Below the pieces are notes generated by a model that did not search any database, was not told where the DNA came from, and worked only from the letters and a program-made list of their open reading frames with translations. A stretch of DNA of 64,000 nt from Patescibacteria group bacterium. Its GTDB lineage: Bacteria > Patescibacteriota > Saccharimonadia > Saccharimonadales > UBA4665. Shown here in pieces: positions 26,320-36,284 of the stretch. The stretch covers positions 37,089 through 101,088 of the forward strand of contig DATIIH010000013.1 in NCBI GenBank assembly GCA_035479875.1, given 5' to 3'. The first letter of the stretch is position 1. Every line of letters starts with the position of its first letter. A program made the position numbers and the translations under genes.

Positions 26320-27377
26320 ATTACTTTTCCCTCATGCTCATTAGAAAGCTCTTTAACGGCATCCTTTACCAGATGCCCTAGGTCCTTACGAGCAACGACG
26401 GTGCCAGCTGGGGTAGATACGGCAATAACGTTGTCCAGACCTATAACTACCAGTGGGCGGTCGCTTTCATTACGAACGTAGGAGTTAGACGTATGCAGCA
26501 CAACATTGTGCTCACCAAGGATACAGTTGCCGTTATCGTCCTTGGGCGTAACGTCATACAGGTCCCGGAAAACGCCGATGTCAGTCCAGTCGAAGCTACC
26601 TGATAGCGTTAGGAAATTCTTGAGCAGCTCATTAAAAACATAATCTAACTGGATGCCTTTAAAACCCAGGTACACTGCCTCGTATTGCTTGCGACTTTTG
26701 GTAGCCGCGAGGGCCCGATAATCACGCCATAGGTCCGGGCAATCGGCTTTGAGGGCATCGATAAAGGCGTTGAGGGTTCCAACCAAATATCCACAGTTCA
26801 GCAGATACTCGCCGCTATCAAAAAACTTTTGGGCCAGCTCGCGGTCTGGCTTTTCTTTGAACCCGGCAGCACGGTAGACCATATCTTCGCCCGGCATCAG
26901 CTCGGCCTTGTGGATGTAACCAAGCACCGTAGTTGGATGGGTCGGCTCAACGCCGATAAACACCGGCAGGCGATACTTTTCCGTTGCCCTGCCTGCCACC
27001 TTAAAGGCGTGAGCAAACGCTCTGGTGTCTTTGACGGCATGATCGGCCCAGGTGATGGCAATAGGCTCATCAGAATTACCCTCTTTGGCTACTCGCTCCA
27101 ACACCGCCAGCAAGCAGCCGGAAGTGTTACGGCGGCCCGGCTCGACAATAAAATTCGTATCGCTAAGCTCCGATATTTGCTCTTTTACCCGGTGGGCGTG
27201 GCTTATCTCGGTAACAATATAAATTTTGTCTGGTGTTGTTAATAGCAGCGCCCTGTCGTAAGCCAGCTGGACGAGGGAGCGCTTGCCAGAAGGGGTTAGT
27301 AAATGCTTAGGGTATTCAGGCGTGGAAAGCGGCCACAAATGAGTGCCTGCGCCACCTGCGATAATAGCTACTATCAT
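26316..27377 (-). CDS. Mannose-1-phosphate guanylyltransferase-like nucleotidyltransferase (divergent copy)
   Basis: AGGAGTHLWPLS..PKHL, EPGRRNT, FKEKP, FDWTDIG. Confidence 0.82.
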   Translation of the reverse strand: MIVAIIAGGAGTHLWPLSTPEYPKHLLTPSGKRSLVQLAYDRALLLTTPDKIYIVTEISHAHRVKEQISELSDTNFIVEPGRRNTSGCLLAVLERVAKEGNSDEPIAITWADHAVKDTRAFAHAFKVAGRATEKYRLPVFIGVEPTHPTTVLGYIHKAELMPGEDMVYRAAGFKEKPDRELAQKFFDSGEYLLNCGYLVGTLNAFIDALKADCPDLWRDYRALAATKSRKQYEAVYLGFKGIQLDYVFNELLKNFLTLSGSFDWTDIGVFRDLYDVTPKDDNGNCILGEHNVVLHTSNSYVRNESDRPLVVIGLDNVIAVSTPAGTVVARKDLGHLVKDAVKELSNEHEGKVI

Positions 27378-27471
27378 TGTCCCATCATAACAAAAGCCCC
27401 AGATACGGGCATAGTGTGGAGATTACACCGACGGGGCGAGCGCCCAGCGCCCTGTGCTACAATTGGTTCTT

Positions 27472-28548
27472 ATGAAGTTGGTCATCTTTTGTGGGGGTAG
27501 CGGGACTCGGTTGTGGCCCCTGTCCCGACATACGTTCCCCAAACAATTCATTAAAATGTTTGATGGCAAATCGACGTTTCAGCTAGCGATTGAACGCATC
27601 GCGCCAGCGTTTGGCCTCGAAAACATAATCATAAGCACCACCAAGGCATACCGCAATTATATTACAGAGCAGATGCCAGAGCTCCCTCTCGGCAACATCA
27701 TCGAAGAGCCCGAAAAACGTGACCTTGGCCCGGCTGTCGGCTTAAACTTAATCCATCTTAAAAAACTTGGCTACAGTGGCCCGGTTGCGCTACTCTGGGC
27801 CGACCACCTCATGGACAATGTACCGGAGTTCATCAACAGCCTTAAGACTGCTGAAGTCATTTGCACCGACGACCCTAAAAAGGTAGTTCTCATATCCGAA
27901 AAACCACGCTTCCCCAACAATAACCTGGGCTGGATTCATTTTGGCAAAAAGAACCTGGGCGGCAGCTATACATTCGTTGGCTTTAAGTACAAGCCCGAAT
28001 TCACCACCTGCGAGGAGATGTTTAAGTCCGGGGAATGGGACTGGAACCCGGGATATATGGTGTACGATGTCGACCATGCCCTAAGCCTATACAAAACCTT
28101 TGTGCCCGAAGTCTACAGCAGTCTAATGAAGATATACGAAGCCATTGGCACCGTGCGCGAAGCGAGCGTAATTTCGGAGGTCTACCCCACCATACCCAAA
28201 ATTCATCATGACCACGTCATCCCCGAAAATCTGAGCAGTGATGATGCCGTCGTAGTGCGCAGCAATATGGGCTGGTCGGACCCAGGTACACTCTACGCGC
28301 TTAAAGAGGCACTCGTAAAAAAAGAGGCCGACAACCTTGCAATGGGCACCGTCGAAACGCTCGACACATCCGATACGATGATTATTAACCAAGAGAAGAA
28401 TAAGATCGTTACAACAGTAGGGCTGTCGGGCATGGTAATTGTTAACACCGACGATGTTCTCATTGTTGTGCCCAAAACCGAGATTCTTAAAGTTACCGAA
28501 TTGGTTAATCGGCTGGCTTCAGACGCCAAGACCAAAAAATACACCTAG
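27472..28548 (+). CDS. manC: Mannose-1-phosphate guanylyltransferase
   Basis: CGGSGTRLWPLSR..PKQF, EPEKRDLGPA, WNPG, GWSDPG. Start trimmed to ATG 27472. Confidence 0.85.
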   Translation: MKLVIFCGGSGTRLWPLSRHTFPKQFIKMFDGKSTFQLAIERIAPAFGLENIIISTTKAYRNYITEQMPELPLGNIIEEPEKRDLGPAVGLNLIHLKKLGYSGPVALLWADHLMDNVPEFINSLKTAEVICTDDPKKVVLISEKPRFPNNNLGWIHFGKKNLGGSYTFVGFKYKPEFTTCEEMFKSGEWDWNPGYMVYDVDHALSLYKTFVPEVYSSLMKIYEAIGTVREASVISEVYPTIPKIHHDHVIPENLSSDDAVVVRSNMGWSDPGTLYALKEALVKKEADNLAMGTVETLDTSDTMIINQEKNKIVTTVGLSGMVIVNTDDVLIVVPKTEILKVTELVNRLASDAKTKKYT

Positions 28549-28627
28549 GCGGAAATTACACCGCTACGCTGTTGTACATCTATATACTCGCATGGTACTA
28601 TAAGCAATAGAGTTATAAAATAAACAT

Positions 28628-29230
28628 ATGGTCTACAATCGTTCACAACCAGCTGCGCGCAAGCGGCCCTCACATCGTCCCAAAAAGTTGGTGGTGGTGG
28701 CTGTGCTTGTGTCGCTAGCCGGTATTGTCGCCATACTGGAGCTGACCAATACCACGCATTGGTTCCATCACAAGAGCGCAAAGTTTACGCCGTCGCCGAC
28801 CGCCAATGCTAATACCAAGGGGGCGGGGGCAGTCTCACAGCCGGGGGACGGCTCGTCATCTTCAAGCAATAGTTCGTCACAGACCACGACGGGGACCTCT
28901 AAAGACCAGCAATCTGGTGTAGACCCAAACACACCATTGCAAGCGCCGACTGGCGTATTCGTAAGTAGCCACCACGTTGACCCAGGCAGCAGTATGCAAT
29001 CGGTGTGCAACACCACTTCCGGCGCAAAGTGTAGCATCAGCTTCACAAAAGATGGCGTAACCAAGTCGCTCGCCGCTCAAACCACCGACGCAGGCGGCTC
29101 CACCTACTGGCCCTGGCAGCCAAAAGACATTGGCCTCACGCCCGGCAGCTGGACAATTACCGCCACCGCCACACTGGGTAGCCAGACAAAAACGGCAAGC
29201 GACGCCTCGCCGTTGGAGGTTTCGCAGTGA
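28628..29230 (+). CDS. Membrane-anchored secreted protein with Ser/Thr linker and small Ig-like domain
   Basis: TM helix, S/T-rich linker, two Cys; 4-nt overlap with the next gene. Confidence 0.7.
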   Translation: MVYNRSQPAARKRPSHRPKKLVVVAVLVSLAGIVAILELTNTTHWFHHKSAKFTPSPTANANTKGAGAVSQPGDGSSSSSNSSSQTTTGTSKDQQSGVDPNTPLQAPTGVFVSSHHVDPGSSMQSVCNTTSGAKCSISFTKDGVTKSLAAQTTDAGGSTYWPWQPKDIGLTPGSWTITATATLGSQTKTASDASPLEVSQ

Positions 29231-31341
29231 CGTTAACCCGCAAACGAGTCATTTTTGGAAGTATCGTAAGCGTTGCGTGCACACTGCTGTTTGGTGCTCA
29301 AGCGTTTGCCTTTACGGCCAGTCGAGTCGCCGACGACACCGTGTTTGATGACGTCGCGAGTATGAATGCGGCAAGCGTCGACGCCTTTCTCAATACATTC
29401 CCGAGCAGCTGCATAAGCACCAACAACGGCTTTGCCGCACCCGACGTCACCGGCTACACACCAACCGGGGGCTACACTTATGGCGGCAACGTCAGCGCCG
29501 GCACTGTGATCGACCACACCGCCGAAGCCTACGGCATTAGCCCGCGCGCACTGCTTACTACCCTCCAAAAAGAGCAAAGCTTAGTGACTGGTGGCGGCGG
29601 TTGTGGCGCCCTGGCCTACACAGGCGCTATGGGTTACGGCTGCCCGGACGGCGGCACTACCTACAGTTATTCAGGCCTCAATCTGTACACCCTGCACGGC
29701 AACACTGCTAGCTCGGTAAGCGGTACATGTGTCAACACCGCAGCTAAGGCCGGATTCTCACAGCAACTCATCCACGGTGCTTGGCTTTTGAAGTTCGGCG
29801 AGGAACGCTCCGAAGGCAATATGAGCTGGGCGATAATCAAAACGACCACGGTTGATCGGAGCGGCAACCCCTGGCACAGTAACTGGGACAACTCCGACGA
29901 CCCCCAAAGCTGCTACAGCGGCCCGATGACTCAAGGCACGTTCCAGACCTGCCCCAGCGGCCCTACCGTATCGTACGACGGCCTCATCACTATCGACGGG
30001 CAAGCCACGCACATGGATACTGGCGCCACCGCCTCGTTGTACTGGTACACACCGCACTTCCATGGCAACCAATCGTTCGACACGATTTACGAAGGCTGGT
30101 TTGGCTCACCGATCATCCCCAACTATAGCTGGCAAGAGGTTGGCCAGTACGCGTATACCGACCAGACCAAAACAACTGGGGCCAGTACTATGAACATGCT
30201 GCCCGGCACCCGTGTATATGTTGGCTTTAAGGTAAAAAACACCAGCAACTACACATGGAGTAACACCGGCTTTAATCCCATTTACGCTGGCACGTCGCAG
30301 CCGCTCGACCGCTCCAGTGGATTCTGTGACACTACCTGGGTCAGTTGCAACCGGCCAGCCGTGATGCAAGAATCGAGCGTCGCGCCGGGCGGGATTGCCA
30401 CCTTTGAGTTCTGGTACCAAGCCCCGAACACGGTGGGCACCTACAATGAGCATTTTGACCTGCTGGCTGCCGGCCAAGCCTGGTTCCCGGACATCGGTCT
30501 CACCTTCCCTAGCAGCGTCACGCCGCCTACCTATAGCTGGCAAGAGGTTGGCCAGTACGCGTATACCGACCAGAACAAAACGACGGGTGCAGGAACAACT
30601 AACCTGCAACCAGGTGATCGTGTGTATGTTGGCCTCAAGGTCCGCAATACCGGCAATGTCACCTGGAAAAACAGCGGCGCCAATCCCGTAGACCTCGGCA
30701 CCGTACGCGGCGTCGACCGCACGAGCACGTACTACGATGGCAGTTGGCTGGGCGTGAACCGGCCGGCGCGCATGCAAGAAGCTACCGTAGCTCCGGGTGG
30801 GATTGCCACCTTTGAATTCTGGATGAACGCCAAAAACAACCCCGGCGCCCACGTGGAGTACTTTGCACCGGTCGTGGAAGGCGTCACGTGGATGAACGAC
30901 CTGGGGGTCAACTTTTACATGAGCAACATCAACCCGATCTATTCGTGGCAGTTTATGGGTGAATACGCTTACGCCGACCAAACTAAAGCCACCGGCAAAG
31001 GTACCACCGGCCTCGCCGCTGGCGACCGCGTATACGTTGGCTTTGTAGCTAAAAACACTGGCAACGTTACCTGGCACAACTCTGGCATAAATACGGTGAA
31101 CGTAGGCATGACCCACCCGCTCGACCGCCTCAGCGCATTCTTTGACGGCTCCTGGCTCGGCCAAAACCGCCCAGCGCACATGATTGAACCGTCGGTCGCT
31201 CCCGGCCAAAACGGCACCTTTGAATTCTGGATGAAAACTCCAGCGCAGTCCGGTATCTATCGTGAATACTTTAGCCTAGTGGCCGAAGGCACGGCCTGGA
31301 TGAACGACCCCGGCATGAACTTCTATATGAGCGTTAACTAG
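29227..31341 (+). CDS. Secreted protein: Cys-containing N-terminal domain plus three NBR1-type Ig-like repeats
   Basis: Signal peptide (AQAFA). Three ~136-aa repeats YSWQ..G.YAY.DQ.K...RVYVG..V.NT.N.TW...RPA.M.E..V.PG...TFEFW. Confidence 0.8.
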   Translation: MTLTRKRVIFGSIVSVACTLLFGAQAFAFTASRVADDTVFDDVASMNAASVDAFLNTFPSSCISTNNGFAAPDVTGYTPTGGYTYGGNVSAGTVIDHTAEAYGISPRALLTTLQKEQSLVTGGGGCGALAYTGAMGYGCPDGGTTYSYSGLNLYTLHGNTASSVSGTCVNTAAKAGFSQQLIHGAWLLKFGEERSEGNMSWAIIKTTTVDRSGNPWHSNWDNSDDPQSCYSGPMTQGTFQTCPSGPTVSYDGLITIDGQATHMDTGATASLYWYTPHFHGNQSFDTIYEGWFGSPIIPNYSWQEVGQYAYTDQTKTTGASTMNMLPGTRVYVGFKVKNTSNYTWSNTGFNPIYAGTSQPLDRSSGFCDTTWVSCNRPAVMQESSVAPGGIATFEFWYQAPNTVGTYNEHFDLLAAGQAWFPDIGLTFPSSVTPPTYSWQEVGQYAYTDQNKTTGAGTTNLQPGDRVYVGLKVRNTGNVTWKNSGANPVDLGTVRGVDRTSTYYDGSWLGVNRPARMQEATVAPGGIATFEFWMNAKNNPGAHVEYFAPVVEGVTWMNDLGVNFYMSNINPIYSWQFMGEYAYADQTKATGKGTTGLAAGDRVYVGFVAKNTGNVTWHNSGINTVNVGMTHPLDRLSAFFDGSWLGQNRPAHMIEPSVAPGQNGTFEFWMKTPAQSGIYREYFSLVAEGTAWMNDPGMNFYMSVN
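30123..30574 (+). repeat. Exact 44-nt intragenic direct repeat (30123-30166 and 30531-30574)
   Basis: CTATAGCTGGCAAGAGGTTGGCCAGTACGCGTATACCGACCAGA twice, period 408 nt. Confidence 0.9.
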
Positions 31342-31342
31342 C

Positions 31343-32110
31343 CTACTCGACAGCAGGCTCGGTTGCCTTGCGCTCGCCTTTTTTGGCGACCGCAATGATG
31401 TTTGATGCCATCGACGGACGGATGTTAAAAGCCCGGTCAATAAATTGCACCGGCCGCGGCAGCGAGTGGAACTGCGCGCCGAGCGTATCTAAAATCTCGA
31501 AGCCTTCGGCGCGCAGCATGTCGAGCAGCCCGGCTTTGTTAAATACGTGCACATGGCCCACCGGCGCCTCGCCTTTTTTAATGCGGCCCAGCGCGCCGCT
31601 GCCAATTTTGGGCGAACGGGTAGAGACCTCGTAGAATATTGGCTGGATGCCGAGCGCAAACAACGCCCGGTTATACCAAGCCTGGAGGTTGGGGGTAGAA
31701 ACGATGATCGTACCCTTGGGTTTGAGCACACGGTGACATTCTTCGAGCAAAAAGTCAGGGTTAAACAAGTGCTCAATGAGCTCGGCGGCGTACACCACGT
31801 CAAACGTCGCGTCTGGGAAGGGAAGGCCCTGCTCCAGGTCGCACCACTTGGTACTAAAACCCTGCTTTTTGGCCTGGCGCAGTTTGGATTTGGAGTAATC
31901 TACGCCCCATAGCTCAACTTTACGCCTGGCCGGCAGCGCATCACGCAGGCCCTTTAAAAAATAGCCGTCGCCGCAGCCAATGTCTAAAATCTTTTTAGCG
32001 CCCGGCAGCTTTTTAATGTAGTCGATGGATTTTTGCTCACGCTCAAATAAAAAGCGTTGCTCGTAATGCAATTCCCATTCTTTATCATCATAGTAATCTT
32101 TAATTGGCAC
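31343..32110 (-). CDS. Class I SAM-dependent methyltransferase
   Basis: ILDIGCGDG, GVDYS, LPFPDATFDVV, RVLKPKG. Confidence 0.88.
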   Translation of the reverse strand: MPIKDYYDDKEWELHYEQRFLFEREQKSIDYIKKLPGAKKILDIGCGDGYFLKGLRDALPARRKVELWGVDYSKSKLRQAKKQGFSTKWCDLEQGLPFPDATFDVVYAAELIEHLFNPDFLLEECHRVLKPKGTIIVSTPNLQAWYNRALFALGIQPIFYEVSTRSPKIGSGALGRIKKGEAPVGHVHVFNKAGLLDMLRAEGFEILDTLGAQFHSLPRPVQFIDRAFNIRPSMASNIIAVAKKGERKATEPAVE

Positions 32111-32266
32111 CGCTTCCCCTCCGGTAGTCGTTTTGTCTTCCTATTGTAGCGTACGACTTACGCACAATCCACCGAGCGCGCAACTCCGCTAAGAAAGACC
32201 GTAGACGGCTGGGCGTTAAGTAGCTATAGTGTAGGGATTGTGTCCTAAAACATCTGAGTGGAAAAT

Positions 32267-33148
32267 ATGAAAACAACCTACCTATTAAAAAACTTGATGC
32301 TCGTAAGCCGCAACCGCGAGTGGCTAGTAAGTAATATTCCGTTAGGCGAAAAGGTGGCGTACTACCGCGCCTTTTTAGCGGCCTACGCACGGCTGGCGGT
32401 TAAAAAAGACAAGCGCATCCGCTACTTTGGTCATGACTTTTACTACGACAACCCGGCTACGCCGTTTAACCTGCAAAACTATCCGTTCGAGATCACGCAC
32501 AAAATCTTGCGCCACATGAAGATTACCCCCAAGCATGTGATCGACATTGGCGGCAACATTGGGCAGTTCCCGATCACTATGGCGGCCATTGTGCCAGACG
32601 CTAAAGTCGATGCCTTGGAACCCAACGGTGATATTTATAAGATTCTTAAAAAGAACGCTTCGGCCTACAACAATGTAAAGACATACAACGTAGGCGTCGG
32701 CGCTAGCAAAGCCAGCGCTAAAATGTTTTATGAGCCGACGCGTTCTGGCGTAGGTTCGCTGCTACAGGAAAACGCCGGCGACAAGGCTCGACTCAAAGAA
32801 ATCCCCATTACCCTCGTAGACGATGTGCCTAAGCTGACCAAGCGCGACCACTACGACCTCGTAACAATCGACGTTGAAGGCTACGAAATGGAAGTGGTTA
32901 AGTGCCTGAGCGGACTCAAGACGCGCTACTTGTTTATGGAAGTTTCTACCCAGGGTCGTTCCAAAACATACCGCCATGCTACGCTGTTCGAGAACATCAA
33001 AAAGGCGCTTGGCAACTTTGACATTGTGTATGCCACCGGCTACTCGTCTACCTCAGCGCCAACGTTCGATATTTTGTTTGAATTTTTAGATGACGAACTG
33101 GCTGCCACAAAGCCGGAAAAACGACAGCCAAAACCTACTCTACGGTAA
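32267..33148 (+). CDS. FkbM-family methyltransferase
   Basis: VIDIGGNIG, ALEPN, IDVEGYEMEVV. The start could be GTG 32258. Confidence 0.88.
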   Translation: MKTTYLLKNLMLVSRNREWLVSNIPLGEKVAYYRAFLAAYARLAVKKDKRIRYFGHDFYYDNPATPFNLQNYPFEITHKILRHMKITPKHVIDIGGNIGQFPITMAAIVPDAKVDALEPNGDIYKILKKNASAYNNVKTYNVGVGASKASAKMFYEPTRSGVGSLLQENAGDKARLKEIPITLVDDVPKLTKRDHYDLVTIDVEGYEMEVVKCLSGLKTRYLFMEVSTQGRSKTYRHATLFENIKKALGNFDIVYATGYSSTSAPTFDILFEFLDDELAATKPEKRQPKPTLR

Positions 33149-36100
33149 TTTGCGATAGCCAGAGGGTGGCGTCGGTGGTGGGTTTGATGGGCATAATATG
33201 CACATCCTGCGACGGATCAACCGCGAACTCGATGCTCTGGTAGGTGGCGGGGATAACGCCCTGCCATACGACGGTGTTTCCCTGGCGAATGCTCACCAAC
33301 TGGCCGGCCGGAACGAGCGCTTTGGCGGTAATGCCGAGTGTTACCGATTGCTCGACTGGACTAGTGTGCAGCAGACGTTTAACTTGCAAAACGCCGTCGT
33401 GCCCCACTTCTTGCGTCTGCATAATAACGCTATTTTTGATGGGCGCATGGAAGCCGGCAGCGGGCGCCGCTACATAGCCAGACATCGGACCCGGCAGCAC
33501 GCGGTAGCCCCACGCGGTGTCTTGCAGTACAGGTTCGGGGCTGCTGTGCATGAGTTGCAAGCCAGCAATTGGGCCAGGGTTTTTGACTGCGTGGACTACG
33601 ACAAAGTCGATACCCAATGTGCGCAGGCCAGGCACCGCCTGCGGGCTCGCCAAATTCAATACGGCGTGGCGCGCGAACAGTGGCTGTGGGTTGCTGACTA
33701 TGCCGTTGAGCAGGTGTTTGCCATCTACGCGCTGGTACGTGTTGTAGTACACCGAATATGCGCTAGTACCGGGCTCGTCGAGCGGGTACTCGGCCATATC
33801 TTGGTAAGCTTGCTGGGTGCTGAGCCAGGTGTACAGTTCGGGCACTTGGTTGTAGCCAGCCACCGGGCGCGGTGGCACAAATGTCAGGTATTCGGTGAAC
33901 ACCAGGGCAAACACTAGAACTGCTACGGCCACGCGGTGCCATCTCACTTTTATGCGCTCGAGTAGCAGCGCCAGGCCATAGCTGGCCAGCACCACCAGGG
34001 CGATATTGACGATCACGCTCAGCCGGGCAAAAACGCGCCACAGCTGCACTGCACGAATTAATACGTCACTGGGCATAACCAGCGAGCCGAGGCGCGGCGG
34101 GAAGCTCATGAGTACGGCCGCGACAAACACGACGCCAAAAATCCACGCTATGGCACGTGGTTGCAAGCGAGCGCGCTCAAGCACTAGCGGCTTTTTGCGC
34201 CTCAATCCAACGAACGAACGCACTACCAAAAACGCCGCCAGCGCCATGAGCGTAATACTCAGGCTCAAAATATTCTCGGCTGGGTTGGAACCGTGATTAT
34301 CACGCTTGGCGTACGCGCCAAACACATGATTGGTGAGCGGATTAAGTGCATTAGGCACAAGATATTCGAGCGGCCGGGCGCCATACACTTCGGCTTCTTG
34401 GTAGATGCTGTCGCGTGTGGCCGCCAACAAGCCACTTATCTGGCTTGAAGCATGCAAGTCCACATACAGCACGGGCGCCACACACACTACTGCCGCACCA
34501 AATGTCAGAAGCAATAGTTTGAAACGGCGAACCAGTCCGGATTTGAGCCGCCAACCGTCCCGCGCAAGCGTAGACAGCACCATGGCTGCCAATAATGCGG
34601 CAACCAGCACGCCGCCAAGCAGAATAAAGTAGCCGTCGATATATGCGAACAGAGCAACGGGCAGCGCCAGAAGCAACGCCTTCTTAAGGCTCGGCTCACG
34701 CCAAAACCACAAAAACAACCACGCTGCGGCAATAAATACCGCCTCAAATACATACGAAATGTGCACGCCCGTCTTGTTCTGTAAGTAAGGCGTAAAGGCT
34801 ACCGCAAAGCCTGCTAGCAAGGCAACGAGCGTGCGGCCGCCAAGTAGCCACCGCACGAACGCAAACATCGCGAGCGCCGCCGACATGAAACCAATCATCG
34901 ACAAGACGTTAAAGCTGCACACCGGGCCAACGACCTTAGCTATCAGCCAAAATGGAATAAAAATAGCTTGGGCAGTAATTTGAGTTGGCTGCCACAACGA
35001 CTCGCCGTAAGGATAGCTAAAGTCGATGCTTTGACCAAGCCATGGCGAATGGCTATCGGCGCTGTAGTAGGCGATCATGCCAGCGGTGTTGTCGCCAGGA
35101 AAACTTAAAAGCGATTGGGTGCAGTGCGTAGCGGCACCGCCCATGTAATACAGTGTGCATGCAGCATACAGCACAAAGGCCGCGCTATATGCCATGCCGC
35201 GTGGATAACGAGCGGCAACGCGTTGCAACCTTTGCCACATAATCATCAGCACGCCGCGCCAGATGCCCGCGCCGTACAGAACGGCGAACACCGGTGTCAG
35301 CAGCCACAAACTCAGCGCGCTGGCAGCCGGAACGCCGCGCAGTAGCACGGCCAGTAGCTCCAAAAGCCAGAACACAGCAAATGCTATGAGTGCCAAAATC
35401 GGACGCACAGCCAGCACGGCCAACGCCAACGGTGTGGCTATCAAAAACCCGATGAGCGGTATAAAAAACCGGTTGCCCGGCTTAAAAAATCCGTCTGCAA
35501 AAAACGTACCGCGCTTAAAGGTGTGCCGTGTAAACGCCGAGAATCGGTCGCGTGAATGGTACAAACACGAAAACTCTGGTGCAATAGTGAGTTTGACCTC
35601 TCGGGTAAGATTGCGCAGTAGGGCGGTGTCGTCGCTCACAAACTGGTAGTTGGCGTTCTGCGGCTTAAACTCCTCTATGTAGCGCATAAACACTGCGCGC
35701 GGGCCTAACAAAAAACCAGTGCCTTTGGGATAATAATCGAACTCGTCAATGCCAAATTGGGTAAGCTTGGGGTTCTGGTAGTAGCGCCGCCACGCCAAGT
35801 GAGTAACCGCATCCCAAAAACGGGCAAAGATATTCCAGCCCAGTTTAATGCGCACGTGGCCGTTCCAGGCTACCAGCTTGGGGTTCTTGGCCATTTGTTT
35901 GGTCACATAGGCCAACGAATTTTCGTCGGCATATACTCGGCTGTCCAAAAATAAGACGAACTCGTGCTTAGTGCGCTCGATGCCGGCCTTACGGGCCAAA
36001 AAGCGGCCCTTGTTCTTGGGGTAGCTTACCAGATCGATGTGCTTATTCTTGCGCTGCAGATCCTTAATGATAGCCTCGGTGTCGTCGGTGCTGCCATCAT

Positions 36101-36224
36101 TTACTACAACAATTTGATAGCTTTTGAGCTTTGCTTTTTGGATCGCACGCTCAACGCGGGCGATGGTTTCGGGCAGCCAGCTGCCTTCGTTATAACAGGG
36201 TATAATAACCGATAGGGCGTGCAT
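33135..36224 (-). CDS. Fusion of GT2 glycosyltransferase and GT-C/YfhO-like polytopic membrane protein
   Basis: N-terminal SVIIPCYNE, VVVNDGSTDD, LFLDS. Then >10 TM helices with PGDNTAG, YGARPLEY, RVFARL and EYPL motifs shared with 39707..41878. Confidence 0.8.
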   Translation of the reverse strand: MHALSVIIPCYNEGSWLPETIARVERAIQKAKLKSYQIVVVNDGSTDDTEAIIKDLQRKNKHIDLVSYPKNKGRFLARKAGIERTKHEFVLFLDSRVYADENSLAYVTKQMAKNPKLVAWNGHVRIKLGWNIFARFWDAVTHLAWRRYYQNPKLTQFGIDEFDYYPKGTGFLLGPRAVFMRYIEEFKPQNANYQFVSDDTALLRNLTREVKLTIAPEFSCLYHSRDRFSAFTRHTFKRGTFFADGFFKPGNRFFIPLIGFLIATPLALAVLAVRPILALIAFAVFWLLELLAVLLRGVPAASALSLWLLTPVFAVLYGAGIWRGVLMIMWQRLQRVAARYPRGMAYSAAFVLYAACTLYYMGGAATHCTQSLLSFPGDNTAGMIAYYSADSHSPWLGQSIDFSYPYGESLWQPTQITAQAIFIPFWLIAKVVGPVCSFNVLSMIGFMSAALAMFAFVRWLLGGRTLVALLAGFAVAFTPYLQNKTGVHISYVFEAVFIAAAWLFLWFWREPSLKKALLLALPVALFAYIDGYFILLGGVLVAALLAAMVLSTLARDGWRLKSGLVRRFKLLLLTFGAAVVCVAPVLYVDLHASSQISGLLAATRDSIYQEAEVYGARPLEYLVPNALNPLTNHVFGAYAKRDNHGSNPAENILSLSITLMALAAFLVVRSFVGLRRKKPLVLERARLQPRAIAWIFGVVFVAAVLMSFPPRLGSLVMPSDVLIRAVQLWRVFARLSVIVNIALVVLASYGLALLLERIKVRWHRVAVAVLVFALVFTEYLTFVPPRPVAGYNQVPELYTWLSTQQAYQDMAEYPLDEPGTSAYSVYYNTYQRVDGKHLLNGIVSNPQPLFARHAVLNLASPQAVPGLRTLGIDFVVVHAVKNPGPIAGLQLMHSSPEPVLQDTAWGYRVLPGPMSGYVAAPAAGFHAPIKNSVIMQTQEVGHDGVLQVKRLLHTSPVEQSVTLGITAKALVPAGQLVSIRQGNTVVWQGVIPATYQSIEFAVDPSQDVHIMPIKPTTDATLWLSQITVE

Positions 36225-36284
36225 TATGGTCCACTTTTACTTACTATAGTAACGATAGCACACCCCTCGGGCTACCTCCAATCT

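Noticed and set aside
30123-30574. CRISPR-like direct repeat
   Set aside because: Only two copies, 408 nt apart, in frame within a CDS; no cas genes.
30106-31209. 367-aa minus-strand ORF with internal repeats
   Set aside because: Antisense shadow of the Ig-repeat gene; its repeats simply mirror the sense strand.
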